In this document: piece after piece, positions 10,096 through 20,930 of the stretch
Layout of the letters: each line of letters begins with the position of its first letter
How positions within the stretch are numbered: the first letter of the stretch is position 1
Virus record (IMG/VR): IMGVR_UViG_2645727839_000001
Span: 51,469 to 115,468 of that record
Direction: 5' to 3' (one strand)
DNA: 64,000 bases
Origin: a virus
Taxonomy: Duplodnaviria > Caudoviricetes
The notes under the pieces: generated by a model
What the model saw: the letters and a program-made list of their open reading frames with translations, nothing else
Told to the model about the DNA's origin: nothing
Database searches by the model: none
Program-made: the position numbers and the translations under genes

Positions 10096-10793
10096 ACAAA
10101 CACTCTATCCAACTCAGGCCGACTTGCTCTTGAGAAGATAGCCGGACTTGTGAAGATTTGCGGGTCTAAGTCCATAAGTGGGGAGTTTTGATGAACAGAG
10201 AGATTGCCAACAAGAACAAATGTCTTAACACCTGCTCTGATCATCTTCTTGTAATCGACACCAAACATGTTGCCGCCACGTTCGTGAGAAGATTCCATGT
10301 ATTTGTGTGTAACCCAAGAAGCTACCACCACTTTAGGCTTAAAGTTCTTGAATGCTTTGTTGGCGTCTATCTCTACAACATCTTTGCCGTAGTTCACAGT
10401 GGGTTGATGCGCTAGACCATATAGAGCTGCGGTTGCGTACTTATGATTGTTCTTAGGGTGTTGTTGATAGTTATCAACCATTCGAATACCCAAGCTACGA
10501 CCATATACCCCGTTACCTGCTCCGATTTCCATTGCTCTGGATTTGTCTTCTGGTAAGAAGCTACTGATAAAGTTGATAAGCTCTAAAGACGGGATAGAGT
10601 AAAAAGCGTGTTTATGGCAGAAAATTCTTAGCTTACTTCGTGGTATTTCAGCGAGTACATCCATCGGGAGTACCTTCAACTGCCCTTCTTCATCAAGAAG
10701 CAAAGCCTCAACATCGCTAACGTCTTCGGGCTCTAAAATAGATAGGCTACCAAGCATTGTGGATACTTGATCAAAAAGCTTTTCTGAGTGCAT
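10083..10793 (-). CDS. putative SAM-dependent methyltransferase
   Basis: MEIGAGNG class I motif I. Confidence 0.55.
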   Translation of the reverse strand: MHSEKLFDQVSTMLGSLSILEPEDVSDVEALLLDEEGQLKVLPMDVLAEIPRSKLRIFCHKHAFYSIPSLELINFISSFLPEDKSRAMEIGAGNGVYGRSLGIRMVDNYQQHPKNNHKYATAALYGLAHQPTVNYGKDVVEIDANKAFKNFKPKVVVASWVTHKYMESSHERGGNMFGVDYKKMIRAGVKTFVLVGNLSVHQNSPLMDLDPQIFTSPAIFSRASRPELDRVFVWNF

Positions 10794-10816
10794 GTGGTTT
10801 CTCTTTGTGTAGTGAT

Positions 10817-10882
10817 AAGTCAGTGATGACTAATTACATTATAAAGAAACAGAGTAGGCACTTCTACAGTCAGCAGTGACTA
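10817..10882. promoter_or_regulatory. pair of 16-bp operator-like sites bracketing a promoter
   Basis: AAGTCAGTGATGACTA (10817) and CAGTCAGCAGTGACTA (10867); minus-strand TATAAT between them. Confidence 0.6.
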
Positions 10883-10998
10883 ATATAAGATTTTATTGGG
10901 AATTTCCAAAAAACCGCAGACGGGAATTTCGTTTTCTGGGGGTGGTTAGCCCCCAAGATATAAAGAATCTTTGTTGGTTAACAGCTCTAACCTGTCAA

Positions 10999-11262
10999 CT
11001 AACTGTCTAAAGACAACCACTCTTCCTTAGACATGTCAAAGTACACATGTGGCTCTGGTAAATCTTGCGAACGCCTAAGAAAGTCAGCCATTCTAGAATG
11101 GTAAGTTGGATTTTTCTGCATTCTAACTTTGTTAGTACAAAGCTGCGCCCTACGTTTGGGCGATATACTCGCCCAAATTTCGTCACTATAGCCGTAGAAC
11201 GCTTGCGTACCTTTAGCTGAGTAGCTTGGGAACCACAGAATACCCTCTGGTGGTAACTTCAT
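10999..11262 (-). CDS. hypothetical protein
   Basis: 87 aa ORF, ATGA overlap. Confidence 0.65.
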   Translation of the reverse strand: MKLPPEGILWFPSYSAKGTQAFYGYSDEIWASISPKRRAQLCTNKVRMQKNPTYHSRMADFLRRSQDLPEPHVYFDMSKEEWLSLDS

Positions 11263-11882
11263 CGGTTCTCTTTAGACTCCCTAATTTTACCCAACACCTT
11301 AGCTTTCATATCTTCTTTTCCCGCCTCTTTGCTTTTCAGGAATAGCTCTCCCTTAAATTCTTCGAGCTGGTGTTTTGAGCATTGAACGAGCATATCCCTG
11401 CGGTGTTTCAGGGCTTCTGTTGCTTGCTTTGCCATGTCAGCGATCATTCGCGCATCGTTGTACCGTTTCACCGCAGCTCGGTAACGTTTATCAATCATTA
11501 CGCCTTTGGAAATAAAGGACTCTGTTACTTTCTCACCTTTATTCTTATTGCGTATCTCATGATAGAGCTTGGCTTCTACAATCTCCATGTCGTTCTTCGC
11601 CCTGTCCGATTGCAACTGTGCCTTAGCTGCTTGAGTACCATAGTACGAGTAAAGCGAGGCTTGTTTTGCCATCGCTTCATCTAGGTCATGGTCTGAGAAC
11701 GAAACGTCCTTCTTTAATTGGTAAGGGTCGATGAACTGGCGAAGTGAAGCTGATATCTTCAAGGCATCGCGCTCCGCCTCTTCTTCCGCCAATGCGATTT
11801 CGTCTAGCTCGTCCGGTGATAAATCACTCATAAATACCTCTAATTTTCTCGCTCTGTGAGAGCGTTTTAAATTAGACGACAA
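11259..11882 (-). CDS. UvsY-like recombination mediator (start uncertain, possibly 11831)
   Basis: Helical protein with KVTE..I...V..D..Y and ALxxRRDML pattern; co-occurs with RecA and gp32. Confidence 0.55.
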   Translation of the reverse strand: MSSNLKRSHRARKLEVFMSDLSPDELDEIALAEEEAERDALKISASLRQFIDPYQLKKDVSFSDHDLDEAMAKQASLYSYYGTQAAKAQLQSDRAKNDMEIVEAKLYHEIRNKNKGEKVTESFISKGVMIDKRYRAAVKRYNDARMIADMAKQATEALKHRRDMLVQCSKHQLEEFKGELFLKSKEAGKEDMKAKVLGKIRESKENR

Positions 11883-11929
11883 ACAGCAAGCGCGTTCTCT
11901 GGGAAGCTCTCTGTCGTCTTCTCAGTGCG

Positions 11930-14900
11930 TTAAATAATGTCTGCCGTTTGCTCGAATACGTTCTCTAAATAAGACGCTCGAGCAGGTTCAAAGTAAAGCA
12001 TTGCCGGATTGATACCAAACAAGATAGTCATATCCCGTTTAGCACAGTAATGGGATTGGCCTGCCAACTCTTCCCACGAACCTTTCACATCTGGCGCAAG
12101 GTGACGAATCGATACTGAACCCAATGCCACCACCACTGACGGTTTCAATATCTCTAACTCTTTGTCGAGAATAGAACCGTAGTCGATAGCCATCTGATTA
12201 CTAATCTTCTCACCTTTGTTCTTCTCTGATTTCAAGAAGGCAGTATGGTAAGCATCAGAACGTTTTAAACCTGCTGACTGCATTGCCTCGATAACTGGCT
12301 TATAACCCTTACCCTCAGTCATTTGCCCCTTCTCTACCTCTGTCCATGTTGGCGCATCAGTAACGACGACGAACTTAGCTCGTTTTGGTAGATATGGTTT
12401 AGGATGAGAGCGACCTGCTGTTTCTTCACAACATGTACGAGCCTCTTTCAGCACTTCTACTAGTAGTGCACCATCTTCTTTACCCAATTTGATATTACGA
12501 TCGGACTTTAGATTCTCTACTACCAGACCTGGCAATAGGACTTTCTGAGCCTTTAGTCGTTCTGGGTGCATGGCTGGCTGCTGACTTTCATCTAGTGAAG
12601 CGAACGCACCAATCTCATCAAGGTTTGCTTGAATACGTTTGTTCACCGAACGCTTGTTAACTAAGGACAAGAACTCTTCGACAGATTCAAACTTGCCACC
12701 GGCTTTTACCTTTGCCTCTTTGATAGACTCAAGAGCCTTGCCGCTTAACCCTTTTACTTTGTCGAATGGGGTATATAGAACCGTCTTCTCTCGGGCTGCA
12801 TCATAGCTAATCTCAAAACGACCAGATGACTTGTTAACATCAGGCGGCATGATGAGAATGCCTTTTGAGTTGGCATCACGAACGATACCGGGATACTTCT
12901 CTTCTTTTAGGATTGTAAGAGCCGAAGCATAGAACGCAGCCGGATGTTGAACTTTAAGCCACTGTGTCCAGTAAGAGATAAGCGTATAAGCAATGGCGTG
13001 TGATTTGTTGAACTGGTAGCTGGCGTTCGCCTCGATATCACCCCAAACTTTTACCGCTTGGTGCTCACTGATTGGATTCTCACCCTCTGTTGCACCATTG
13101 ATAAAGCTCTCTCGTATCTTTGACATTGCAGCCATGTCTTTTTTACCGATTGCTTTACGAAGTGAGTCTGCTTCTGCCATCGAGAAACCTGCCACAGTCT
13201 GCGCTACTTTCATGGTCTGTTCCTGATAGACCATTTGACCGTATGTTTCTTCAAGTACTGGCTCGAGAGATGGAATTGGATAGTCGGGTTCGCAGTAGCC
13301 ACGCTTAATGTCTACCCACATCTCTGTCATACCTGTCTCGAGTGGACCCGGACGGTTTAACGCTGAGATTGCCGCGATATCCTCAAAGCTAAGCATCTCT
13401 TCTGAACCTGCTTGCTTTAGAAGTTTACGAGCGTTGCCACCCTCAAACTGGAACGTAGCGATTGTGTCGCCTTTACCAAATGACTCGAGTACTTTCTTAT
13501 CATCAAGTGGCAAGTTGAGATAGTCTATCTCCTGCCCTGTTGCCTCTTTGACGTACTCTTTGCCAAGCTTAAGCATATCTAACGTAGACAGACCAAGAAT
13601 ATCGAGCTTGATTAAACCCCAATCCTCTACTGTTCGTTTATCCCAGTTAGAACATGAACCACCAGCTCGACGTTCTACCACTGCACGATTCTTAATTGGC
13701 TCACCTGCTACGATGATACCTGCTGCGTGTTGACCGTAGTTTCTGAACGTACCTTGTAAAGAACATGCCTCTTTGAAGATCTGCATATGCTCATCGGCAA
13801 ACTGCTGAATAGCCGGCACCTGCTCGTAAGCTTCTTCCAATGACACTGACGAACCATGAACTTTCGGTACTTGCTTAGAACATTCAATCTGACTTTCGGT
13901 TAGGCCATGTGCTTTAGCTACCGAACGTAGAGATGATGAAGTACCTAGCTCACCGTAGTTGCTGATACCACAAACATAATCATTGCCGTATTCTTCACGT
14001 AGCCAGTTGATCACCTCGTCACGACGAGAACTCATGAAATCCAAATCGATATCGGGTAAATCGATACGCGATGGGTTAATGAAACGTTCAAAGATAAGAC
14101 CAAAGCGAAGAGGATCAACGTCTGTAATCCCCATAAGGAATGCAACCAATGAACCTGCACACGAACCACGAGCGGGTCCAACCTCGATGCCGTTGTCTTT
14201 CGACCAGTTAACTACTTTGTGAACCAGTAAGAAGTAATCCTCAAAGCCCATCTTATGTAGAACGCCTAACTCATACTTCAAACGACTCACATACTCGGGC
14301 AACTTCTCTTTAGGAGGCATGTAACCCATAGTCGGTTTAGAGATACGCTCTTTCCAACCGTCTTTAGTTAGGTTGACTAGAGTTTTGTAAGGCGTGTCGC
14401 TCATGTGAGGCAAACAGATATCTAGTTTGTGCCACTCGTAAGAACAGAACTCCGATAGAGCGTTAGTGCCAGAGATACCCTTGCTAATGATTGCCGCAAT
14501 ATCATTTGTATCGTGACCTCGTAACAACAGACGCTCATGCATACCTTTTAGCTCAGCTTCGAACTCATAAGCCTGAACAACATACATATCGCTGGTGGCT
14601 GGCTCTAATCGCCAAGTCTCTTCAACGGTATTACGATTCAAGATGCAGCACATGGTGTTACGTACCTTATCATCGTCTTTCTTATACATCGTTGGGCGAC
14701 TGATGATTAACTCGGTGTCGTCGCTGTCTAACGCTACACTAGCGATCAAATCATTAACGCGATCATTGTATGCTGTCTTAACAGGGATAAGCTCATAGCG
14801 AATTAGAGAGCTGTCTAAGTGACTTCCCAGATACTCTAAGATCGCAGTGTGATTCTTATGAGAGAAGAGGCTATGAATATCTCCGGTCGTCATGATTAGA

Positions 14901-15319
14901 TTGCCACGCTTAACAACCTCAACAACCTCTTCAAGCGACAACTGCGGCTCAAAGTAAAAGTGGTCTTCATTGTTCGCCATCGATAGCAGTTCGATAACGT
15001 CCTTTAAACCTGCATCGTTTTTAATGATCAGCTTAGGCATAAAGAAAGGGTTTGGCTTACGTCGAGGTTCACCACGTTTAGCTCGTCGCCAAGTCAGGTC
15101 ATCTACTACCTTTACCGCAGCGCCAAAGCACACTTTGATATCTTTTTCTTTAGCCGTTCTGAATGCTTTCACCAGTGCATTGATACTATTAAAGTCGGCT
15201 ATAGTAACCGACTCGTATTCATAGGTACTGGCTTCTGTCACAAGCTCTTCTGGTGCGAGTATCGACTGACTCAATGAAAAGTGAGTGCGACCGCCTATAT
15301 AGTTTTTAATTTGTTCCAT
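11930..15319 (-). CDS. dnaE: DNA polymerase III alpha with C-terminal UDG-like domain
   Basis: PHP N-terminus, GPARGS, FERFINPSR..LPDIDLDF, HAAG, FNKSHA; start at MEQIK with GAGG RBS. Confidence 0.95.
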   Translation of the reverse strand: MEQIKNYIGGRTHFSLSQSILAPEELVTEASTYEYESVTIADFNSINALVKAFRTAKEKDIKVCFGAAVKVVDDLTWRRAKRGEPRRKPNPFFMPKLIIKNDAGLKDVIELLSMANNEDHFYFEPQLSLEEVVEVVKRGNLIMTTGDIHSLFSHKNHTAILEYLGSHLDSSLIRYELIPVKTAYNDRVNDLIASVALDSDDTELIISRPTMYKKDDDKVRNTMCCILNRNTVEETWRLEPATSDMYVVQAYEFEAELKGMHERLLLRGHDTNDIAAIISKGISGTNALSEFCSYEWHKLDICLPHMSDTPYKTLVNLTKDGWKERISKPTMGYMPPKEKLPEYVSRLKYELGVLHKMGFEDYFLLVHKVVNWSKDNGIEVGPARGSCAGSLVAFLMGITDVDPLRFGLIFERFINPSRIDLPDIDLDFMSSRRDEVINWLREEYGNDYVCGISNYGELGTSSSLRSVAKAHGLTESQIECSKQVPKVHGSSVSLEEAYEQVPAIQQFADEHMQIFKEACSLQGTFRNYGQHAAGIIVAGEPIKNRAVVERRAGGSCSNWDKRTVEDWGLIKLDILGLSTLDMLKLGKEYVKEATGQEIDYLNLPLDDKKVLESFGKGDTIATFQFEGGNARKLLKQAGSEEMLSFEDIAAISALNRPGPLETGMTEMWVDIKRGYCEPDYPIPSLEPVLEETYGQMVYQEQTMKVAQTVAGFSMAEADSLRKAIGKKDMAAMSKIRESFINGATEGENPISEHQAVKVWGDIEANASYQFNKSHAIAYTLISYWTQWLKVQHPAAFYASALTILKEEKYPGIVRDANSKGILIMPPDVNKSSGRFEISYDAAREKTVLYTPFDKVKGLSGKALESIKEAKVKAGGKFESVEEFLSLVNKRSVNKRIQANLDEIGAFASLDESQQPAMHPERLKAQKVLLPGLVVENLKSDRNIKLGKEDGALLVEVLKEARTCCEETAGRSHPKPYLPKRAKFVVVTDAPTWTEVEKGQMTEGKGYKPVIEAMQSAGLKRSDAYHTAFLKSEKNKGEKISNQMAIDYGSILDKELEILKPSVVVALGSVSIRHLAPDVKGSWEELAGQSHYCAKRDMTILFGINPAMLYFEPARASYLENVFEQTADII

Positions 15320-15911
15320 GCTGTCCTCTAGCAACGTACACCCCACCCTTCTTAACAATTAGGTTTAACGCCTCGAATGCTTTGATGGTTGAGTGGTAGT
15401 AAGAACGAACGGTATCTTCCGTCCAGTGTGGAAAGTTTTTTTGCAGCGTTTCTTTTAGGTCTCCGGCTTTAAACATGCCTTTCAAGACCAATTCGAATGA
15501 GGGTTCAAGATGAGCAGGTTTCAAACCGCAGAATGGGTTTCTAGAATTCGCTACTGCTTCAATCAGGTTTGACTCTAGAGATAGCATCTTTCTTGCCAAC
15601 TCAAATGAGCCTCTTGGTAAGTGGGTCAATGCTGAAAGCTTAACGGCTGACACTTTACGTTTAGGTATCTTTTTACGTGCCTTGTTGTGACGCTCAACTA
15701 AGTCAGGCGAATCAGAATAGATAACCTCAAGACCTGTTCGTTTGAGATCTTCTAAGAAGTCACTAACATCGGTCTTGGTGTGAATATCGAGAAGTGTTTT
15801 GCGGCAAGTCTCTGCGCATTGGGTAGCGTGAACGCATTTGCCACAGCTTTCAGACTGACTGCTAAAAGTAACAGCCATTCCAAAACAACCAGGAAGGTTA
15901 TTCATTGCCAC
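15306..15911 (-). CDS. hypothetical protein with Cys cluster
   Basis: PGCFG...CxxCxxxxxC. Confidence 0.7.
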   Translation of the reverse strand: MAMNNLPGCFGMAVTFSSQSESCGKCVHATQCAETCRKTLLDIHTKTDVSDFLEDLKRTGLEVIYSDSPDLVERHNKARKKIPKRKVSAVKLSALTHLPRGSFELARKMLSLESNLIEAVANSRNPFCGLKPAHLEPSFELVLKGMFKAGDLKETLQKNFPHWTEDTVRSYYHSTIKAFEALNLIVKKGGVYVARGQHGTN

Positions 15912-16152
15912 CTCTCTTCGCTCTACGTTTAGCGTAGCGAGTGCTTAGGTAACAACCTTTACACCAAGAATGCGTTTTGGTTTGAGAAGAAGACTCTCCA
16001 TACCAGAACTCAGAGGTTAACGGCCAACTCTCATCGCACTGCGTACAAACCTTTTCCGGTTCATCGTCAGCAATGATGAATTTGCCTCTCCTTACTTGTC
16101 GCTCAATGACTGCCTGAGATATCTCAGGCAAGTAATCAATTACAGGTTTCAT
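15898..16152 (-). CDS. small zinc-finger protein
   Basis: CTQC...WCKGC. Confidence 0.7.
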   Translation of the reverse strand: MKPVIDYLPEISQAVIERQVRRGKFIIADDEPEKVCTQCDESWPLTSEFWYGESSSQTKTHSWCKGCYLSTRYAKRRAKRGGNE

Positions 16153-16160
16153 ACGTACCC

Positions 16161-17342
16161 CTATGACAAGGTACGTTGAGCGATACTAAGTGCGGCTTGA
16201 GCTTCTGCTTCTGGCAGACGGTTCGAGTAGGACACCATCACACCCTTAACAAAGTCACCTCGTAGCAAACCAATCTTTGCGATATTGATTAGAACTCGAG
16301 GACCCAAAGTTAAACTCACCTCTGTAGGGTATGACTGACGAATCTTGGCAGCGAAATCGACAATCTTCTTGGCATCAGACTCGACTAATCCGGTCTTGCG
16401 CATCACGATTGCGGTTTCTTTCTTAGCTGGCATGTATTCAATCTTCTCAACAATACCAAAACGCTCGAATGTAGCGGCATCTTGAACCACTGTTGCTTGA
16501 TACAAGCCTGTCTCATCACCTGAACCGTTCGTGTTACCCGTAGCAACAAAGCGAAAGTTTGGATGAGGGCGAATGTAACGTAGTTCTGGCGGAGCTTCTT
16601 TAATGTGAAGAGCTTTGCCTTCTAACACTGCTTGGTAAACAGAAAGTACGTTTGGATAAGCACGATCGTATTCATCAGCCATGTAAATATCACCGTTAAG
16701 CATCGCGATTGGTAAATCACCCAACTCAAATTCTGTTTTGGCTTTTAGCTCACCGGTTTTTGGGTCTTCAATATGCTTAACAACATACTGACCAACGATG
16801 TGACACTCTTCTGTATTAGGTGTGTGTTGAACACGGCGAAGACGACGATTAGTAGCCGCAGCAATGTTTTCCCAGAACGTAGACTTACCCACGCCAGCGT
16901 GACCCCAAATGTAAGTTGGAATGCTTAACTCGATACCCATTAAGCATGACTTAAGAACGTCCACGTCGAACACATAGTCAGTGTCGAACACTGGCACTAA
17001 CTCAGGCTCTTTCTCAGGCATTTCAAGTGTAGTAATCGGGATTGGATTACCCTTTGCTGTACGCGCTGCTTTGATACTCCCAAGATTGAACAACTCATGA
17101 AGAGGAACTTTACCTGTGTTCTCTTCAACTGCTGCTGCAACTGCTGTCTTTTTAGGTTCTTCTTTCTTAGCCTCCCCTACTGCTTTCTTCTTGGCTTCAA
17201 TCTTAGCTCGAGCCGCTTCTGAAAGTAGTGGTGAACCCGGAAAACGCTCTTCGTAATCATCCACTGTAATGCCATCGTGCTCTTTCTTTAGGTGAAGCGC
17301 GATTGAGTGAACGGATTTGGAACACAGTTTACATTCGATCAT
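16161..17342 (-). CDS. cobS: CobS-like / MoxR AAA+ ATPase
   Basis: GHAGVGKST, ADEYD, HPNFRFVATGNTNGSGD; N-terminal C2H2; start at MIEC behind leader motif. Confidence 0.9.
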   Translation of the reverse strand: MIECKLCSKSVHSIALHLKKEHDGITVDDYEERFPGSPLLSEAARAKIEAKKKAVGEAKKEEPKKTAVAAAVEENTGKVPLHELFNLGSIKAARTAKGNPIPITTLEMPEKEPELVPVFDTDYVFDVDVLKSCLMGIELSIPTYIWGHAGVGKSTFWENIAAATNRRLRRVQHTPNTEECHIVGQYVVKHIEDPKTGELKAKTEFELGDLPIAMLNGDIYMADEYDRAYPNVLSVYQAVLEGKALHIKEAPPELRYIRPHPNFRFVATGNTNGSGDETGLYQATVVQDAATFERFGIVEKIEYMPAKKETAIVMRKTGLVESDAKKIVDFAAKIRQSYPTEVSLTLGPRVLINIAKIGLLRGDFVKGVMVSYSNRLPEAEAQAALSIAQRTLS

Positions 17343-17365
17343 CTTGGTTTCTCTTTGCGTGTGGT

Positions 17366-17443
17366 AAGTCACTAGTGACTTAATTATTTTCTATGTGCTT
17401 ATAGTAATGATCTGCTCAAGGCATAACAAGTCACCGCTTACTT
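17366..17443. promoter_or_regulatory. pair of 16-bp operator-like sites
   Basis: AAGTCACTAGTGACTT (17366) and AAGTCACCGCTTACTT (17428). Confidence 0.7.
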
Positions 17444-17723
17444 ATCTTTCCTTTTCGCCAGAACCGTCGTCTTCTAGAAAATGATTATCCGAATTACTGG
17501 TGTGTACTTTGCCGTCTCTATCAATCCAAGCAATTACAGCGTCACCAGAGGTAATATTGCCAGTAATGTCACCAACTTGGCAGCCATGATGAAACATAAG
17601 CGTCCAAAGGTCACGATGAACCGGAACGCACTCAGTTATTACCACGTTCTCTTCTGAAAGGTCGAAGTCTTTTGAAATCTGACCCATCTCTTGGCGTAGG
17701 CGAATGAAATCTAAACAATGCAT
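17442..17723 (-). CDS. hypothetical protein
   Basis: 93 aa ORF with AGGAG RBS. Confidence 0.7.
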   Translation of the reverse strand: MHCLDFIRLRQEMGQISKDFDLSEENVVITECVPVHRDLWTLMFHHGCQVGDITGNITSGDAVIAWIDRDGKVHTSNSDNHFLEDDGSGEKER

Positions 17724-17762
17724 GGTTTACTCCTAAAAGAAAACCGCCCGTAGGCGGTCTGG

Positions 17763-19814
17763 TTATTTTTGCATGATGGCATCACGTAATTGATGCATTA
17801 CTTGGGTTGGTAAGTCTTCGATTCGGTCTATCACTACCGACTTAGGGTAGTAGCTATTAACACATGTTGTCTGAATACCAATGCCGACTACGTTTACTTG
17901 CTTCTTACTCAGGTCTTTAATCACTGACTTAAGATGCTTTTCAAAACCGTAAGTACTGCCGTAAGCACATGGCTGGCCATCTGACAGAACAATTAAGGTT
18001 TTACCCGGCTCTCGCTGTCGTAGCAGTCGGTTTGCGGCGTACTCTAGGCTTTCACCGTCTACGTTGTTAGCTAAGAAGCGTGAACGAGGGATAGATGCCA
18101 TTCGTTTCTTCTGCTCTACACCAAATCGTTCGTTAAACCCCTTGAAGATAGGAACATAGACAGGTTCTAGGCGTGACCACTTATCAGTTGCGTGACCACC
18201 TCCCATCATCTCATCGTACATGGAACGAAACTCATCGGTTCGCCATGCCCCATCATCAGTAGTGAAGCCTAGAACCTCAAAGTTGATGTTCAATTTACTT
18301 AGAACCTCAGACAGAGCCCACGCTGTCTCGGTTGCAACATGAATACGTCCACCAGACATTGAACCCGAACAGTCAATAAGAAGTGACACAGCCACCTCTT
18401 TTGTCTTCATCTCTTCTTTGGTACGAAATACTCGAGGATCATTGTTGAGTAGACGGCCTAATGCCGAACTGTTCACTCGCCCTCGCTTCTTACCACCTTC
18501 CCAACGAGATTTATTGGCAGCACGAAACGCACGTTCCAAACCTTTCTGCAATGTGCCTGTCATACCAGTTACTTTGCCCTCTATCGCATCGATCCATCTC
18601 GAATTGAACTCAGGGGGTACAACAAATTCCTCTACACGATCCCAATCTTTAGTGAATGGGAAGTAGTCAGCATCACCTTTACCCTCACCAGACATCTCAC
18701 TCACGATATCTGACATGGCATCATCGAATTCTTCAAAGAGGGTTTCATCTTCTTCCGCATCACTACCCTCTAGTGGTGGCGATGTACTTGCTGAGTCACC
18801 ATCTCCCTCGAGCATAGGAATATCATCGTCGTCCTCTGGGAACTCTTCGCTTTCTAGATCATCAATCGATTCATCGGAGCTGGTGGACTCTTCACTGTCC
18901 ATCTCTTCGTCTTCGCCATCGTCAGGTTTAGGGCTTTCAGTTTCTTCCTCGCCCGACTCATCAGAAGGTGAGTCAGTTTCTTCGGCTTCATCCTTGCCAG
19001 GTTCTTCCGGTTCTTTATCTTCTGAATCACTCGAGCTGAAATGGGACTCGTCTTCGCCCTCATCATCTAAGTCCGATGGCGGTTCATAAGTTTCGTCCTC
19101 TTTATCTTCCGAAGATTTGCGAGATTTTGTTTTTGCTTTGTGAGGGTCTTTCTCTTCACCTGCGTCTTCACCGTAAACAGCTTTCTTAATGTCTACCGCA
19201 AGCTCAAGGTTCTCAAACGAATCGGTTGTTGAAAGGATTCTCTTAGTGAACGGCTCTATTGCTTTATGAATGTTTGGGATCAACTCCCACTTGTCTTCCA
19301 TGTAGTCAGCAAAGTGACGTTGACCACCTAGTGCTCGTATTGCGCAAGCTACAAGTAAGTGCCAGTACTCACGTTCTGTTTTGGCTGGGTCTTTGCGATA
19401 GTCTTTAAACTTGGGTTCGATGAAGCGGTTTGTAAAGATGTGGTACATCTTTTCTAAGTTGTGTGATGAGCCAGAGAACTGCTTTTTCATCATACGTTCA
19501 ATAAACACGTCTTCACAAATATTGGTCAGAGCAGCTACCTTTCTTTTGACGGATTGCTCAGCAGCCTTAGAATCTGAGAAAAGCAAGTGTCCAACTTCAT
19601 GATCAACAAAGCCCTCAATAGCTGAAATTAACTCATCACTCGCGTCATCTGGTAAGAACGGGACGTTAACTCGAACCGGAGCTAGCGTGTCTGGGTGGTA
19701 CTCAACAAAAGCATTCATACCTGATTGTGTAACACGAATTCCACGTCCTGATAGGATTCTTGTTACTTTTGTTATGGTTTCGCGAACGATTGCTATTCTT
19801 CTTTTGTTGTCCAT
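17763..19814 (-). CDS. cobT: CobT-like protein (HExxH domain, acidic linker, vWA domain)
   Basis: HEVGH, LIDCSGSM MIDAS, LSDGQP; partner of CobS. Confidence 0.9.
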   Translation of the reverse strand: MDNKRRIAIVRETITKVTRILSGRGIRVTQSGMNAFVEYHPDTLAPVRVNVPFLPDDASDELISAIEGFVDHEVGHLLFSDSKAAEQSVKRKVAALTNICEDVFIERMMKKQFSGSSHNLEKMYHIFTNRFIEPKFKDYRKDPAKTEREYWHLLVACAIRALGGQRHFADYMEDKWELIPNIHKAIEPFTKRILSTTDSFENLELAVDIKKAVYGEDAGEEKDPHKAKTKSRKSSEDKEDETYEPPSDLDDEGEDESHFSSSDSEDKEPEEPGKDEAEETDSPSDESGEEETESPKPDDGEDEEMDSEESTSSDESIDDLESEEFPEDDDDIPMLEGDGDSASTSPPLEGSDAEEDETLFEEFDDAMSDIVSEMSGEGKGDADYFPFTKDWDRVEEFVVPPEFNSRWIDAIEGKVTGMTGTLQKGLERAFRAANKSRWEGGKKRGRVNSSALGRLLNNDPRVFRTKEEMKTKEVAVSLLIDCSGSMSGGRIHVATETAWALSEVLSKLNINFEVLGFTTDDGAWRTDEFRSMYDEMMGGGHATDKWSRLEPVYVPIFKGFNERFGVEQKKRMASIPRSRFLANNVDGESLEYAANRLLRQREPGKTLIVLSDGQPCAYGSTYGFEKHLKSVIKDLSKKQVNVVGIGIQTTCVNSYYPKSVVIDRIEDLPTQVMHQLRDAIMQK

Positions 19815-19928
19815 CTTTTCCTCTACCAATTCATAATACTATAAGATATAGTAAGCAGTGACTTAATATTACTAGAACTAAAAAGGGAACTAAACGTTCC
19901 CTAATTATTTGACCATGTAGGATAGATG

Positions 19929-20099
19929 CTATGTACCCACAACAAAGTTCCGGCCTTCTGAGGAAGAGGTCACAAGGACAAGATATTCACCTTCAATCTC
20001 AAGCTCGTATACAATCGTGTCTTCGCTGTCCATAGAAGATAACGTGGTGGATTTTTCCAAAATCTCTGTTACCTCATCAAAGGAGATTTTACTAATCAT
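19929..20099 (-). CDS. small acidic hypothetical protein (56 aa)
   Basis: AAGGA RBS before MISKISF; followed by terminator at 19880-19902. Confidence 0.6.
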   Translation of the reverse strand: MISKISFDEVTEILEKSTTLSSMDSEDTIVYELEIEGEYLVLVTSSSEGRNFVVGT

Positions 20100-20456
20100 G
20101 ATGTCCTTAAAATACGTAGTGGATATATGACCAGTATAAGATTTGGCAGTCCCGTAGTAAACAAAGATAAGCCCTAGCTCTTTGTGGGCATGACACAGAT
20201 CCCACAACCAAAGAACAATGCTTAGTGAGATATGAGTCACATTGTTTATCCACCTGTTTCTTTAGATTTTCTTATGCAAATTCTTGAAATGCCAGTATTA
20301 GTGTAGAAAAGTAACTCACTAGTGATCTAATATAAGGGTTGGACAAAGTGCACATTGTGCCAGTGACGCTACAAATTCAAAAAAAAGTGGCAATTTTTAC
20401 CTGATATGCCGCAGTAGCAACGCTAACTCATTCTCATTCATTCAAAGAGTAAAACA

Positions 20457-20870
20457 ATGAAACCTAATACGACCGACTTTGAAAGCATTACAGACGATCT
20501 ATATATCGCAAAAACCGATCGTTTCTTTTCAGAGTCAATAATCCCAAGACTGATAACCTCTGCTATACACAAATCTAACAAGACACAAGCTGATATGGCA
20601 GCAGAGTTAAACCTAAACTCTAATCTGATGACTATGTTCAAGCAAGGCAGAACTAAAGTACCTCTTACAAGAGCTAGAGATATAGCTATTGCTTTAGAAC
20701 TACCTGTTGAAGAATTTGTACTGTTAGTCCTAAATGAATACCACTCTGAATTACTAGACGTCATGGACAAGACATTTATAGTTCCTCGTAATAAAGAGGA
20801 AGCTAAAGCTATAAAGGAAATGAAAGTTCAATACAGAAGAGACTCTGAGCCACGAGAGAACTCCGAATAA
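20457..20870 (+). CDS. XRE-family HTH repressor candidate
   Basis: TQADMAAELNL..NLMTMFKQGRTKVP HTH; + strand with own terminator, next to parAB. Confidence 0.8.
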   Translation: MKPNTTDFESITDDLYIAKTDRFFSESIIPRLITSAIHKSNKTQADMAAELNLNSNLMTMFKQGRTKVPLTRARDIAIALELPVEEFVLLVLNEYHSELLDVMDKTFIVPRNKEEAKAIKEMKVQYRRDSEPRENSE

Positions 20871-20890
20871 ATTACATATCTTTAAACTTT

Positions 20891-20916
20891 AAGGGACTCT
20901 ATTAAGTCCCTTTTTT
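20891..20916 (+). terminator. intrinsic terminator after repressor
   Basis: AAGGGACT-ctatta-AGTCCCTT followed by T-run. Confidence 0.75.
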
Positions 20917-20930
20917 ATTATCTAAAATCT

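Noticed and set aside
11930-12500. UDG-like domain fused to DnaE as a novelty
   Set aside because: Polymerase-UDG-like fusions are already familiar in phages
16161-19814. Cobalamin-synthesis auxiliary genes
   Set aside because: Phage CobS/CobT-like pairs are common MoxR-vWA chaperone modules; no CobN present
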